A stretch of 63,523 nt of DNA, the filler included, from Octopus bimaculoides (taxonomy: Eukaryota), in the NCBI RefSeq assembly GCF_001194135.2. It is 8 parts of 8 records of this genome, joined end to end, with 100 filler letters (N's around TTAATTAATTAA, not from the genome) between each part and the next. Parts side by side here need not be neighbours in the genome. Positions count along the whole stretch, not along the records: positions 18,128 to 45,231 come from NC_069003.1; 7 more parts are not named here. The stretch is one strand, 5' to 3'. Numbering within the stretch: position 1 is the stretch's first letter; every line of letters begins with the position of its first letter. Positions 25,359 through 37,967 of the stretch are shown here, in pieces. The position numbers and the translations under genes are program-made. The notes beneath the pieces were generated by a model that saw only the letters and a program-made list of their open reading frames with translations, was not told the origin of the DNA and made no database searches.

Positions 25359-25561
25359 AATAGAATCCTTTGTTATCAAGTATTTCAAAATCGACATGAC
25401 TGGACTTCGTGAGAGCATCAGTAGTGAGCATTGCTCTTTATGCAGTAGATAACGGGACTATAAAGAAGTTTCAAGATCACGTTGACGTCTAATACACCAG
25501 GCTTTTAATGGTGTGCTAAAAGAACATATAGCGTAAGCACAAGACTAAAGCGGAGGAGATT

Positions 25562-26434
25562 TACGAGGTGGTATCAAAGAGTTCCCGGACTAGTTATGTA
25601 TAATAAAATATAACTTATTTACCTAAGTTTTGACATCACCACCTTCGAAATAGTCGCCTTATGCAGCAATACACTGGCCCCAGCATTCCTGCCACTTTTG
25701 GAGTCCGGCCTGGAAGTGGTTTTCTCTAAGCGAGTTGAGGACCTTCTGCGATTCACTCTTGATCTCGACAGCGGTGTTAAAACAGTGACTTTTGAGCTGT
25801 ATTTTCATCTTGGGGAAGAGATGAAAGCCTGCAGGTGCTAAATCTGGTGGATAGGGCAGGTGCGGAAGCGATACCATGTTTTTTTGGCAAGAAACTTATA
25901 AGTGAGGAGCGTTCGGTGACAGGATGCGTTGTTGTTGAGAAGAATCCAGACGTTAGAATTGCCTGCACAGAACCATTCGACAGACCAACAACATCAGCAA
26001 TGTCGTTGATTGTCCTCCGACTATCCTCATGCACAAGTTGATGAATTTTCTTCATATTTCCAGTGGTGATGGTAGTGGCAGGTCTTCCAGATTGCTCATT
26101 GTCTTTCAGAGATGTTCTTCCGCTTTTGAAGCGCCTGTGCCACTCGAAATATTACGTACGACCCATTACCCCGTCGCTGTAAGCGCGTCGCAGCTTGCTC
26201 AATGTCTCTGTAGTAAATTTCCCAAATTTAGAGCAAAATTTTACGCTCTTTGTTCCAACTTTCTGTTCATGACAAATTTCGTGGACTATAGCAAAACACA
26301 ACTTTCACAGCGCTGTCACTCGGCACACAGCCTCATGAAGGTCACTGCTAGTTTTCACTGCGCAAGCAACCGTGTGCTGCCATCTGTTGGCGCGTAACAG
26401 AACTAGTCCAGGAACTTTTTGATACCACCTCGTA
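25562..26434 (-). mobile_element. Mariner transposon with intact TIRs and TA duplication, internally deleted transposase
   Basis: TIRs tacgaggtggtatcaaagagttcccggactagtt (25562) and aactagtccaggaactttttgataccacctcgta (ends 26434). HTH region IHQLVHEDSRRTINDIADVVGLSNGSVQAILT is fused to the C-terminal LPHLPYPPDLAPAGFHLFPKMK..KWQECWGQCI. Confidence 0.92.
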
Positions 26435-27480
26435 TAAACACATTCCACTCGTCTCTATTATTATTGGTTAATGCAAGGCAGGACTTGCTCGCCAGACCAT
26501 ACTCTATATGAAATAAGAGAACGTGATCTTTATTAATCGGAAACCCAGTTATCCGGCTGTCTTTGACTTGCGAGATTCTTGTTTAACCAGAACAACAACT
26601 GGACCAGACCCCGAAAGGATCGAAGCTGTTCAAGTCATAGATAAGTTAGTGTTAGTAAGGACTATTTTAAAAATAAATAAATAACTAGAAATAAATATTT
26701 AGTGATGAAATTCAGTATTAGTCAATGGCTAATATTATTTCAAACATGTAGACATGTAGGGCAGACAACTCTGATCTTGTTTTGACCTTATGTCCTCATC
26801 AAAAAAACATACACTTCACGGTACATGCTGATGTAGAGATGAAATAATCACTAATTAAATGTGTCCTTGTCAAGAAGGTCATGATACAATTCACCCAACG
26901 TGTACCCATCACAACACATGCGAAGAAGAAAAATAATGTTCCATCCTAGTAGTCGATTGCTTTTCAGGGATTACCAACTTGGTCGCTGAAGTGAGATTTT
27001 TGGAATCGTCTGTAAAAGAATCGGAAAGTTCAGGGACACTGTCCATATGAGTTCACTGAAGTAGAAACGGTATGTTAATTAACTAGACCCAACATAATCC
27101 CTCTTAAGATACCCATCATGGAAGAACGCTCGATGGAACTTAGTATTCTGATGGGTATCTTTGCCTTGACGTCGGCCACTGAAGTCGCTGTTCCCTTTAC
27201 ATTGTCTACAGTCAACAAGACACTGCGACTAAGACGTTGGACCAATTAAGTCAGGAATTAAGTGGTTCCATTTCTAACTGATCCATAGAAGCATCAGACT
27301 TACAGTGAACGTACAAAAGTGAGAGGTGTCAGGAAGGTCAGAGTCGTAGTAATTTCAAGCATCAGTGTCTGGGATTGAGCATTCCGTACGACTATTGCAC
27401 TGGAAGTCAAAAGATTATACAAAAAAATGAACTAACCCAGAAAACGAATCATTCAAAACATATTATAAAATCTATGAATA

Positions 27481-27700
27481 AGGCGGGAAGCCGGCAGAAT
27501 CGTTAGAACTACTGGGAAAATGCATAAAGGCATTTCGTCCATTTTTACGTTCTGAGTTCAAAATCCACCGAGGTTGACTTTGCTTTTCATCCTTTTGGGG
27601 TCGATGAAATAAGTAGCAGTTGAGCACTGGGGTCGGTGTAATCGACTAGAGCCTTTCCCAAAATTTCAGGCTTTGTACCTGTAATAGAAAGGGTTATTAT
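27481..27700 (+). mobile_element. tRNA-derived SINE family B, full length
   Basis: ggcagaatcgttag..acgttctgagttcaaaatccaccgaggttgactttgcttttcatccttttggggtcgatgaaataagta..caaaatttcaggctttgtacct.taatagaaagggttatta. Confidence 0.85.
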
Positions 27701-28249
27701 ACAAAGCAAGAATATGTTCTTCACTCACTTTTGTAAACTGTGTTGTTTATAACGGTTTTGCGTATTCCTATTTGACTCGTTTGTCATTGCTAAGATCCCT
27801 AACCCTGCCTCTTTCAACAGTTCTCTTGATAGAAATAAACAGAATTGTTTAAAATTTAATGAGTTAATTTTGGGGTGAACTTCGAGCAGTGATTGAGATA
27901 TACGCTTTTATAAAGGTGAAAAATTATGATAAATGTAACATCTTAAAACTGCTGTGACTTTTGGAAAGCATCACAAAGAAATCACGGTCTTAATCCTCTA
28001 TCAAAACTAAACCCCATTAGATTAATAATGAATTGAACTAAGGCAACTTATTTCTTCTTTCTAGACACTCACACATATATTCCATGACTGAAAGTTGTGT
28101 GCGACATTACATCCTCCGTCTTTCTTATTTTCTCCCGCTCTTTCTCTTGCCTTTTCTTTCTCTTACCCTCTCTCTTATCATTCTCTCTCTTAACACTCTC
28201 TCTCTCTCTCTCTCTCTCTTAACACACACACACACTCTCTCAATACACA

Positions 28250-28304
<55 letters not shown>

Positions 28305-28759
28305 CAGAAATTATTTTAGACTCTCATGGTATCTGAACATGAAAGTCTGAACAGGCTAACATATAATATTGTCTTCCCAGCAGACGTAGTGCTTCACATT
28401 TACTCACTCCAACAGACATTTGTTTTTCAGCCGAACTCTCTTACATCAAAGTTATATCTAAAACATCAAGAGATTTTCTTTTCTAGAAACATATAAAATC
28501 TGACATTTATCATAAATACCAAACAAATTGGAAAGAAATTTCTAGTAAGAAGCCTCAGAGTATCCACAGATTCAAACTTTCTGGAGTCACATCTCTATTT
28601 CTCAAATGTTGCTCCAGTTTTCTTGGTTTCACTCCGGTCTTTTTTCACTCAGTTACTTTCAATTATGTAAGAGATTTATTGAATATGGTGACTTTACGTA
28701 TTATTTGAATGTCGTTCTTTGCCTCACATGATGAAATCCGAAAATCTGTCAGTTTCCAG

Positions 28760-29055
28760 TTCAGCATAAAAATATACGACATACATTTATGCATTGAGAG
28801 ATCTCAGTTCCGGTTCTACGGACATGAGATTAGAATGTCTCAGGAAAGAATCGCAAGATAGAATCTTCAGGCCGAATCAACTGGCGGGAGACCTAAGAAA
28901 CAGTTGGTTGGATAATATTCTTGTTTCAAAGTTGATCATGCTTGAAAATGCAAATAGAAAGTGTAATGGTGGTTGCTTCTGATAGGATCTTATAGAGGAG
29001 ATGCCTCAGGACTCTATTCCCACATTACTCCCAGGAATGGGGGACGGGGATGATG
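28760..29055 (+). mobile_element. RTE-like LINE 3' end fragment
   Basis: IERSQFRFYGHEIRMSQERIAR..QAESTGGRPK..WLDNI (LRW.GHV.RM..R..GRP..RW motif across a frameshift), ending in a gatgatggat tail. Confidence 0.7.
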
Positions 29056-29308
29056 GATATATATATATATATATANNNNNNNNNNNNNNNNNNNNNNNNN
29101 NNNNNNNNNNNNNNNNNNNNNNNNNNNNNNNNNNNNNNNNNNNNNNNNNNNNNNNNNNNNNNNNNNNNNNNNNNNNNNNNNNNNNNNNNNNNNNNNNNNN
29201 NNNNNNNNNNNNNNNNNNNNNNNNNNNNNNNNNNNNNNNNNNNNNNNNNNNNNNNNNNNNNNNNNNNNNNNNNNNNNNNNNNNNNNNNNNNNNNNNNNNN
29301 NNNNNNNN

Positions 29309-29349
<41 letters not shown>

Positions 29350-29350
<1 letters not shown>

Positions 29351-29575
29351 CGGCTAAAATACCGCAGTAAAGGATCAGAAGACAGATTGAAGCCGAAGCA
29401 ACCGACGAGATAGTTGGAGAATATATAAAGTCTCTGAGGAAAGTGTAATGACGATTGCTTCTGATAGGACCCAAAGGAAGATGTGCCTGAAGAGGACTCT
29501 ACCCACACAATCCTTCCAGGTATAGCTGAACGGAGAAATTGAATGGATGGATGGATGGATGGATGGAAGGACATT
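29350..29575 (+). mobile_element. Second RTE-like 3' end ending in (ATGG)n
   Basis: gtaatgacgattgcttctgataggacc..gaggactctacccac matches gtaatggtggttgcttctgataggatc..aggactctattcccac at 28963-29025. Confidence 0.6.
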
Positions 29576-30642
29576 TTCAACAACGAGCGCAGGCATGTTT
29601 TTTTTTGTTTTTTTTTACCTGTAAAGTCATTAACAAGAAGGCTATCAATTAAAATATATTATCAATAATATTTAGTTTAGAAGTCGTTAATCAATCTTGT
29701 TCGTCAAACATCACGGAACCATCAAATATCTTTAACACTAATGGAATACATTTGATCATTATTACATTGGTACCTTTAACCTGAAGAGAAGTAGTATTAG
29801 ACACTAGTGTCCCTCCCCCATGGCAGATAGGGTCTCCTAATACAATTTGTTTTGTTCTGATCAAAAACTAATAGAAGTTTAAACAAGTACAATGATAATT
29901 ACGCCATATTAGTACATGAGTGATAAGAAACTCTCAGGAAAGCCGAAGAGTAGAAGGTCTTCAGAGAAGAAACCCCCAACCGTGCAAGTGTTTTGGCCTA
30001 TAACCCCTTAAAGCCCAAAACACTTGCATCCAGATCGTGACTCCTGGTTGTCTTTCTGCTGAAATATTTCAGCCACTTGGATATCAACATCATCATCATC
30101 ATCATAATAATAATCATTATAACTACATCACCATCACCACCATCATCATCCAAACTGTATGGAGATTTTGTTTACTAGATCGAGCTGGAACTTCTCTCCG
30201 CCATATTGTGAGCGTTGTTTGACTGAATGTTTAAGTCCACTTCGTAAGTACCAGATCGTAGTTTCAGTCCCACACTGTGGGATCTTGAACAAATGTCATT
30301 TTCTATAGCATCGGTTCGATCCATACGTTTGAATGAAACAGAGTGGGCAGAAAGTATAAAGAAGATCTAGGGGTACCGAAAATCGAAATCGAGCAAGCTT
30401 TTGTCTTTTTACTAAACGAGTGGTTTGCGTCCACGCTGAGCTCGGCTTGGGACATCTGCGTTACTGTTTGACACCGTCACCATCATCAACATCATCATCA
30501 TCATCATAATAATAATCATTATAACTACATCACCATCACCACCATCATCATCACCATCATCATCGTCACTATCATCCTCCTCACCATCATCGCCATCGTC
30601 TCTACCATTATCATCGTCATTATCTCCACCACCATCATCGCC

Positions 30643-30673
<31 letters not shown>

Positions 30674-30748
30674 CTAACGACTTTTCCCTTCGCCTTCTCG
30701 TTTTTCCTTCATACTCTCTCTCTCTCTCTCTCTTTCTATCTCTCTCTC

Positions 30749-30779
<31 letters not shown>

Positions 30780-30959
30780 TTAATATTTATTGTATTTTTG
30801 ACACATCAACTCCACATGAAGTGCCATCTCAGGACAAATATTGCCTGCAATTTCGGGGGAAGGGTTAAATCGATCACATCGATCCCAGTGTCCAATTGGT
30901 ATTTATTNNNNNNNNNNTTAATATTTATTGTATTTTTGACACATCAACTCCACATGAAG

Positions 30960-31160
30960 TGCCATCTCAGGACAAATATTGCCTGCAATTTCGGGGGAAG
31001 GGTTAAATCGATCACATCGATCCCAGTGTCCAATTGGTATTTATTTTATCGATCCTGAAAGGGTGAAAAGCAAAGTCGACCTCGGTGGAATTTGAACTCA
31101 GAACGTAAAGCCGGACGAAATGTTGCTAAACATTTTGCCCGGCGTGTTAACGATTCTGCC
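30960..31160 (-). mobile_element. SINE family B
   Basis: gaaaagcaaagtcgacctcggtggaatttgaactcagaacgtaa..ttaacgattctgcca is the reverse complement of the family B head. Confidence 0.85.
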
Positions 31161-31179
31161 AAAGGCTATTTTAACTAAA

Positions 31180-31328
31180 TTCTGCTTCACTTGCATTCAC
31201 CGAGATTGGCTTTGCTTTTCATCCATTCAGTGTAAATACAAATAAATACCAGTTACACACTGGCATCGCTGTAATCGACTTACCCCTCCCTGAAAATTGC
31301 TGGCATTGTGTCAAAATTTAAGACTATC
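31180..31328 (+). mobile_element. SINE family B, 5'-decayed
   Basis: caccgagattggctttgcttttcatcc..aaataccagttacacactgg..gtaatcgacttacccctccctgaaaattgctggc. Confidence 0.7.
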
Positions 31329-31496
31329 TTAGTTGGATAAAAGCATTAATATGGAGTGACTGAACAATGTGACACGAAGGCTTGGTAGCGAAAAAAATAT
31401 TCTTAACCATTTCAACTTCGTTAACCTCCGGTAAATCATATCAAAGCCGTACTTTATAAACGGTGTGGTCAGTGTATCAACTGACAGCTAACAATT

Positions 31497-31932
31497 GCTC
31501 TTTTACTTTTTTACTTCTGTCATTAGACTGCAACTATGCTGGGGCACCGCCTTGAAGAATTTTAGTCGAATGAATCTACTCCTGTAAATTTTTATTAGTC
31601 TTTAGCCTTGTACTTATTCTATCGGGTCTTTTGCCGAACTCCTAGGTTACAAGGACGTAAACACACCAACATTGGTGGTCAACCGGTAGTGAAGGACAAA
31701 CACAGACACGCAGACACACATACGCACACACACATATGTGTGTATATACATGCATACATGGATACGGCGAGTTTCTTTCAGTTTCCGTCTACAAAATCCA
31801 CTCACAAGTCTTTGGTCAGCCTGAGGCTATAGTAGAAGACACTTCATGTCCCAAGGTGCCACGCAGCGGGATTGTACCTGGAACCATGTGGCTGGGAATC
31901 AAGCTTCTTACCACATAGCCTCTCCTGTACCT
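31497..31932 (-). mobile_element. SINE family A, full length
   Basis: Tail, internal (CA)-type repeat and head ccaaggtgccacgcagcgggattgtacctggaaccatgtgg..ttaccacatagcc. Confidence 0.9.
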
Positions 31933-31934
31933 AT

Positions 31935-32260
31935 TAGTTCAGTTTTTTTTTTTAATATTGATATAACTCTCCTTCAATATTCTTTTTTTAATTTTCTCCT
32001 TTATTTCTCTCTGGTGTAGCTTATCGGTTTCATCTACGTCCAAATATTTGTACTTGTGGCTCTGGTTTAATTCTCCGATTTCAGAATCTATTTTAATGTT
32101 CACAATTTCAGTGAATTTGCTTCTTTGTGTCATATTTATTCCACCCTTCTACTGTAGAAAACAGCTTTTTCCACTCAAAGTTTCATTACCTTGAACTGTG
32201 CAAAATAGTTTTATATACTAATTTATACTGTGTTGAGGAATCACGTGTTAGAACCTATTT
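31935..32260 (-). mobile_element. RLE-type LINE RT domain 6-7 fragment
   Basis: MKL*VEKAV (FG..KC-like) then IGELNQSHKYKYLDVDETDKLHQREIKEKIKK (YKYLG-type motif). Confidence 0.55.
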
Positions 32261-32779
32261 TTTGTTGAGCTATGTCAAGTTTATTGAGGTAACGTGTCTC
32301 GCAGAATGTACCAATTCTATGTTTTAGTAGGTATTTAATATCATTATTGGAATAACCATGAAATTTAATTTCGTAATGGAAGATTTTATTCCAAAATCGT
32401 TTTAAAATCTTGGTTGAATTTATAAACAATTTGTTGTGTAGTTTATTTTTAGTATGTATTCTTTCTATGAAGTCTTCTGTTTCAATTTGGGAATAAATTG
32501 TTATTCTTTCCAATAAATCTCCGTACATTGACGAATGTGTTCGCGTTGATGTTTTCCTTCGCGTCTTCGGAGAAACTTTGGGGAGGAGGTTAGGCGATTG
32601 CATCAACTCCATTACTTGACAAATAATTTATTTCATTGATCAACTCAGGGAGAAAAGGCAAAGTCAACCGTGGCTGGATATGAGTGTAAAGAGCCGGAAC
32701 AAATACAGCAAGGCGTATATTCCGACGCTCTAACAATTCTACCATCTCACCAGTTTTATTATGAGTATTAGACACAACT

Positions 32780-33066
32780 GTGGGAGTATGGTTAAGAACT
32801 ATGCTTCGCAGTCACGGGATTTCTGGTTCAGTACCGTTGTATATATAAGTATGTATGTGTATCTTTGTGTTTGTACTCCGCCACCGTTTGACAGCTGGTA
32901 TTGGTTTACTTACATCTTCGTAAGTTAGCTGTTCAACAAAAAGGACTGATAAAATAAGTACCAGACTTTTAAAAATGAGTACTAGTGTCGAATTTTTCGA
33001 CTAAAACCTTCAAGGCGGTGCCCCAGCAAGGCCGCAACCAAACGACCGAAACAAGCAAAAGATAGA
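32780..33066 (+). mobile_element. SINE family A, internally deleted
   Basis: Head joins directly to the tail aataagtaccagactt..tcgactaaaaccttcaaggcggtgccccagc. Confidence 0.75.
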
Positions 33067-33514
33067 AGAGAAAAGACTGTTGTTGTTGTTACTGATGTTG
33101 CTGCTACTGTTACAATTTAACTGATTCCGTGAAATGACAACGCATTTTCCTTCAGCTCTCGTAGAATTTGCAAACGGATTCTCGCACAATGGCAGTTTTT
33201 TTGTTTTGTGGAGGGGGTATGTGTGTGCGCCTGTATCTGTATGTGTGAGTGTATGTGTGTGTGTATATTTGTGCGTGTGTATTTGAATGTGTAAATTTCC
33301 CAACATTTCTCGATTCCAATATCTTTTTCATTTTTCTCTTCGACAGCTATTTTTACTGTTTGTTCCCAGTATTTCTATGACAAACTCTGAGAATAATTGT
33401 CTTTGAAATATCCACGAATATTAGGTTTGCATTGCTACTCAATTCTCTGGTCAAATCCAGACACTTGCCTATATTCACTACTTCACATATTTCAATATCA
33501 CATCTGGAATAATG

Positions 33515-33570
<56 letters not shown>

Positions 33571-33850
33571 GCAACGAAATAGTAGAACACAAATTCTTCG
33601 AGATTTAGAAAAGCTTAGTTATCTTGTGTCTTCTAATCCATACCGGATCTATAATTGCTGCTATCATTTGGACATTTTACAAGATAATTCCAACAGGATT
33701 CTTAGAATATATCTGATTTTCAATAACAGCCCCATGGATGCTGAAGATAGCAGGGCTTTTTTTCCTTCTCTTCACTCAATATGTATTTCTAAAGTAAATT
33801 CGCAGTGTCATTATGGTTTCTACTATAGCTTTTAAAATGTTTTTCTCTGT

Positions 33851-34229
33851 AGAGGTGCAGTCGTAGCTGTGTAATAAAAAGCATGATTTTCAACTATGTG
33901 GTTTGGGGGTTCAGTCCCATTGCGAGGCACCTTCAGCAAATGTCTTCAGCTATACCTTCGAGCCGACCGAAGCTTTGTGTCTGTATTTGGTCGAGAAAAA
34001 TTCTGTATGTGTGTGTGTGTGTGTGCTTGTTCCTTACCACCGCTTCAAAACTGGCGTTAGTTTCTTTACGTTCCCGTAACATAGCAACTCGGTAAAATAA
34101 TTCAATAGAATAAGTACCTGACTCTTGAAAAATATATAAGTCGTGGGGCTGATTTTTTTTCGACTAAACACTTCAAGGCGATGCCCCAACATGGCCGCAA
34201 TGTGACTGAAACAAATAAGAGATAAAAGA
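33851..34229 (+). mobile_element. SINE family A, full length, diverged
   Basis: ggttcagtcccattgcgaggcaccttcagcaaatgtctt..(TG)n..ttcaaggcgatgccccaacatggccgcaatgtgactgaaacaaataagagataaaaga. Confidence 0.82.
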
Positions 34230-34924
34230 TATATGTGTACGCATGAGTATGTATGTGCGTGTATCCATGCTTATACGTGCGTGTGTGTGTGTGTGTATTT
34301 ATAAGTGTACGTGTTTGTGTGTGTACCAGTATGTCTCTGTATGTTCCGCCATGCTGCGCTAAAACACTTTTGCTGAAAATCAGTAGCCAGTGGACTGCAG
34401 CCATGCTAGAGCCAATTCCCTACATGCCGCCGCCGCCGCCAATATACTTTTTTTTTACACTGTTTAGCAGCGAGTTTGAAACAAAAGCCATGGCCTACAG
34501 CTTCCTTTCACTGTCCATGACCTTCACCTGGTTTGAGTGACCTTGACTTTAAGAAACCCTCGAGTAACCAATGTTCTTTACTTTCGCGAACTTTGTGTCA
34601 CAGACCTTTGTTGCTCTTCCACTGTCCTTCACTTTCAAAACTTTCCTTTGGGCTTCACCTTTACTGGTCTTAGGAAACCTCCAGTGTCTATGACCAGTCA
34701 TGGCAAACTGCAGCCCGTAGGGATTTTTGAATGATACGCCTAACGAAAAATCAATTTGAAATTTTTGTAGTGTGGCCACCTGATTATAAGCTATGTCTCG
34801 TGCGGCCCGCTTCTCTAAAAACTTTGTTCAAGCCGGATGTAAAGCTTCTACTGTATTTGTTTTGTTTTGTGTATTTGCACTGTCCCCCAACATCTTAGGA
34901 GCTTGCGGGCCATTAAAGAAATAA

Positions 34925-35158
34925 ATGAGTTGCCAGAATCGTTAGAGGGTCGAAAAGAGTGCTTAACAGCATTCATTCCAGCTCCTTGCCTTCTGAGTTC
35001 AAATTCCGACGTGATTAGCTTTCCGGGTCTATAAAATAAAATACTAGTTAAGTAGCAGACGATAAAATAAAACAATATTTAGGTTTGATGTAATCGCCTA
35101 GTTCCCTCTCCCCACAAGATTTCAGGCTTTGTGCCTATAGTAGAAAGGATTGTTATTT
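34925..35158 (+). mobile_element. SINE family B
   Basis: gccagaatcgttag..ttctgagttcaaattcc..gatttcaggctttgtgcctatagtagaaaggattgttatt. Confidence 0.78.
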
Positions 35159-35537
35159 ACTTGTTTCCATATGTATTTCTTTGTAATTTTCCTCTTTTGT
35201 GTTCTCCTTTTCTACATTTTCGTCTATTTCTATTTCTTCATCATCGTCTTTATCGCCTTTATTTTCCTTCTTTCTTCTTCTTTTGTTTCTCTGTGTATTT
35301 CTATTGTCGTTGTTGCTGTTGCTGTTGCTGCCATTGCTGCTCCTGCCGTTCCTGTTGCCCCCTGCTGTTACAGAAGTCAGCCGTTTGTATGCAGTTAGTG
35401 GTAAAGCCCTTGCATTAGGTATCTGAAGTGTTGCAGGATCTTTAGTCACTAGCTGCATAAGGATGGCACCGTACATCATGTGATACACTTGTCGTCTTTT
35501 TGGAAAATGACAGCACACTAATATAGAGGCAGTGAGA

Positions 35538-35628
<91 letters not shown>

Positions 35629-36101
35629 NNNNNNNNNNNNNNNNNNNNNNNNNNNNNNNNNNNNNNNNNNNNNNNNNNNNNNNNNNNNNNNNNNNNNNNN
35701 NNNNNNNNNNNNNNNNNNNNNNNNNNNNNNNNNNNNNNNNNNNNNNNNNNNNNNNNNNNNNNNNNNNNNNNNNNNNNNNNNNNNNNNNNNNNNNNNNNNN
35801 NNNNNNNNNNNNNNNNNNNNNNNNNNNNNNNNNNNNNNNNNNNNNNNNNNNNNNNNNNNNNNNNNNNNNNNNNNNNNNNNNNNNNNNNNNNNNNNNNNNN
35901 NNNNNNNNNNNNNNNNNNNNNNNNNNNNNNNNNNNNNNNNNNNNNNNNNNNNNNNNNNNNNNNNNNNNNNNNNNNNNNNNNNNNNNNNNNNNNNNNNNNN
36001 NNNNNNNNNNNNNNNNNNNNNNNNNNNNNNNNNNNNNNNNNNNNNNNNNNNNNNNNNNNNNNNNNNNGGGGGGGAGTGTGTGTGGATGCATGCACGTATG
36101 T

Positions 36102-37054
36102 ATCTTTTATTTTTTAATTATTATAAATCTTCCAGTCGGTTTCCAACATAGATACAAGGCTCCATTTTTGGGATGTAGTTAACCTATATATGCCCATAAA
36201 AAAAGGAAGTCTTAGGAATCGGTTATATATTTTGCGACAAATTCACATTTGGAACTTGAGAAAAGTCTTGCAAATTTTTACTGTTCCACTCACAGATTGC
36301 ACTTGTAATATACGAATCAGCCGGACAATTTCTCTTTCTGAAATTTCCAGTTTATCTAGATTCTCATTTAAGCATTTACTAACAAAACCTAGTGCTCCAA
36401 TTATTATTGGTATGAATATGAAATCATAATATGAATATAGAAGCTGGAGGTTTCGAAGCAGCTGTCCATAGATAGCCTCTTTTTCTTTGATTTTCAAAGA
36501 GATATTTATATCTGCAGGGCAGCTAATCTCTCTGATGGTACATACCTTTGCCCCTCTGTCCCAAACAACAATATCTGGCTTGTTATGTTTACATTTGACA
36601 GAAGTTTTGATGGGAACATTCCACCAGTATTCCTTGAGTTGGTGTTTATGAATATATCCCATAACAGAGGGATTTTCTAAGCTATTTCAGGACAGTCTTT
36701 TTTTTTCTGCGGACGGCATTGTAAATTGTTTTCGCAACAGCATCGTGCCGCATAGGGAGGTAGTACCGTGACGACATTTTAGGACAGCTGATAGTCACAT
36801 GCGTAATGTCTTCCACAGAAATATGACATAGCCTAGACATGCGGTTGTCACCTTGGGATTACAAGAGCGTCACTGTCTCTCTTGTTCACCAAGTACTTTG
36901 TGGCATTCTCCTGTTCCTGGATTGAAAACGCATAGCCTTCAAAGTGTGATGTGATGTAGTGTAGTAGTTTTGTGTTTTTGTGTTCAAGAGAGGCTGCGCT
37001 TCGTGTCAATTCTACTGTCTTCTTCAAGCTTCCGGGAAACATACCCATGCACGG

Positions 37055-37090
<36 letters not shown>

Positions 37091-37960
37091 TAAGCTGAGT
37101 GCTTTCCATCCAGGTCTTTTCTGAGGAAAGAGAGCCCAACTGTTTTGGGGCTGTATAGGAGATCACCAAGAAGAAAGTGTTTCTTGAGGAGTTCCCTGCC
37201 AACTCGTACAATGCTGCTCACTTCACTTTTCAGCATTGCAGTAATATATATTTTTTTACTGTTTAGCAGGTACTTCCTGAGTGATACCATACGGCATTCG
37301 AACGCCGTCTGCACTGATCTCAGGCCTCTACCACCTCCATTTCTTCTTAGGTAGAGCCTATCAACATCATTTTCTGTGGAAGTTTCCAGTTGTTGTCGGG
37401 GTTCTGCGGGTTTTGATATCTATGGAATGGATTTCCTCTACAGACCAATCAAGTATCCCAAATGTTGGGATCAGCACTAGTACTGCAAATGCATTGTGGG
37501 ATATAGTCTTGTTGTAAGAGGAGAGTTCCGACTATCATATTTTTCTAAGTCTGGTGTAATATTCTCGGGTCACTCTATCTTTATTCACAGTGCCTTCATA
37601 TGATACATTTTCGTCTATGCCTAGGTACTTGTTATATTCTTTGTGTAGAATGAGAGACCGTTGATGCACAGATATTGGGTTTGGGGGACTGACTTTCTTT
37701 GTTCTATAACCAAATATGAACATTTCTTATGCAAGCTATGGGCCTGTAGTTTCCTGTCATCTCGCAGATTTAATTTTTGGCAACAAGATTTGTCCTAGCT
37801 GTAACAAGCCAATTTGGTATATCAGTTTGACCTTCCATAATCTTTTTGAACATACATATCAACTGGCTTCTATAAAATGTCGGTTTCTTGTACCAATATC
37901 CAACAATTAGGTCCCTTCCAGGTTCCTTCCCATTCTGCAGTTTGCCTACTGCTGTAGCCA
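36102..37960 (-). mobile_element. R4/Dong-type (RLE) non-LTR retrotransposon copy D, 5'-truncated, RT core deleted
   Basis: GKEPGRDLIVGYWYK, NYRPIAC, KYLGIDENVSYEG, HFEGYAFSIQEQE, CCHC knuckle, EYWWNVPIKTSVKCKHNKPDIVVWD..EISCPAD (PD..D/E RLE motif), VSGTVKICKTFLKF; 3' UTR ends next to a catac/catgc repeat. Confidence 0.9.
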
Positions 37961-37967
37961 AGGTTTC

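Noticed and set aside
30781-31047. 127-bp tandem duplication
   Set aside because: The copies flank a 10-N gap, the typical overlap artefact repeated many times in this assembly.
33340-33570. RLE fragment next to (AAT)n as evidence of TAA targeting
   Set aside because: Similarity is weak and the repeat polarity is opposite to that at the 17.2-17.4 kb fragment, so no consistent target can be claimed.
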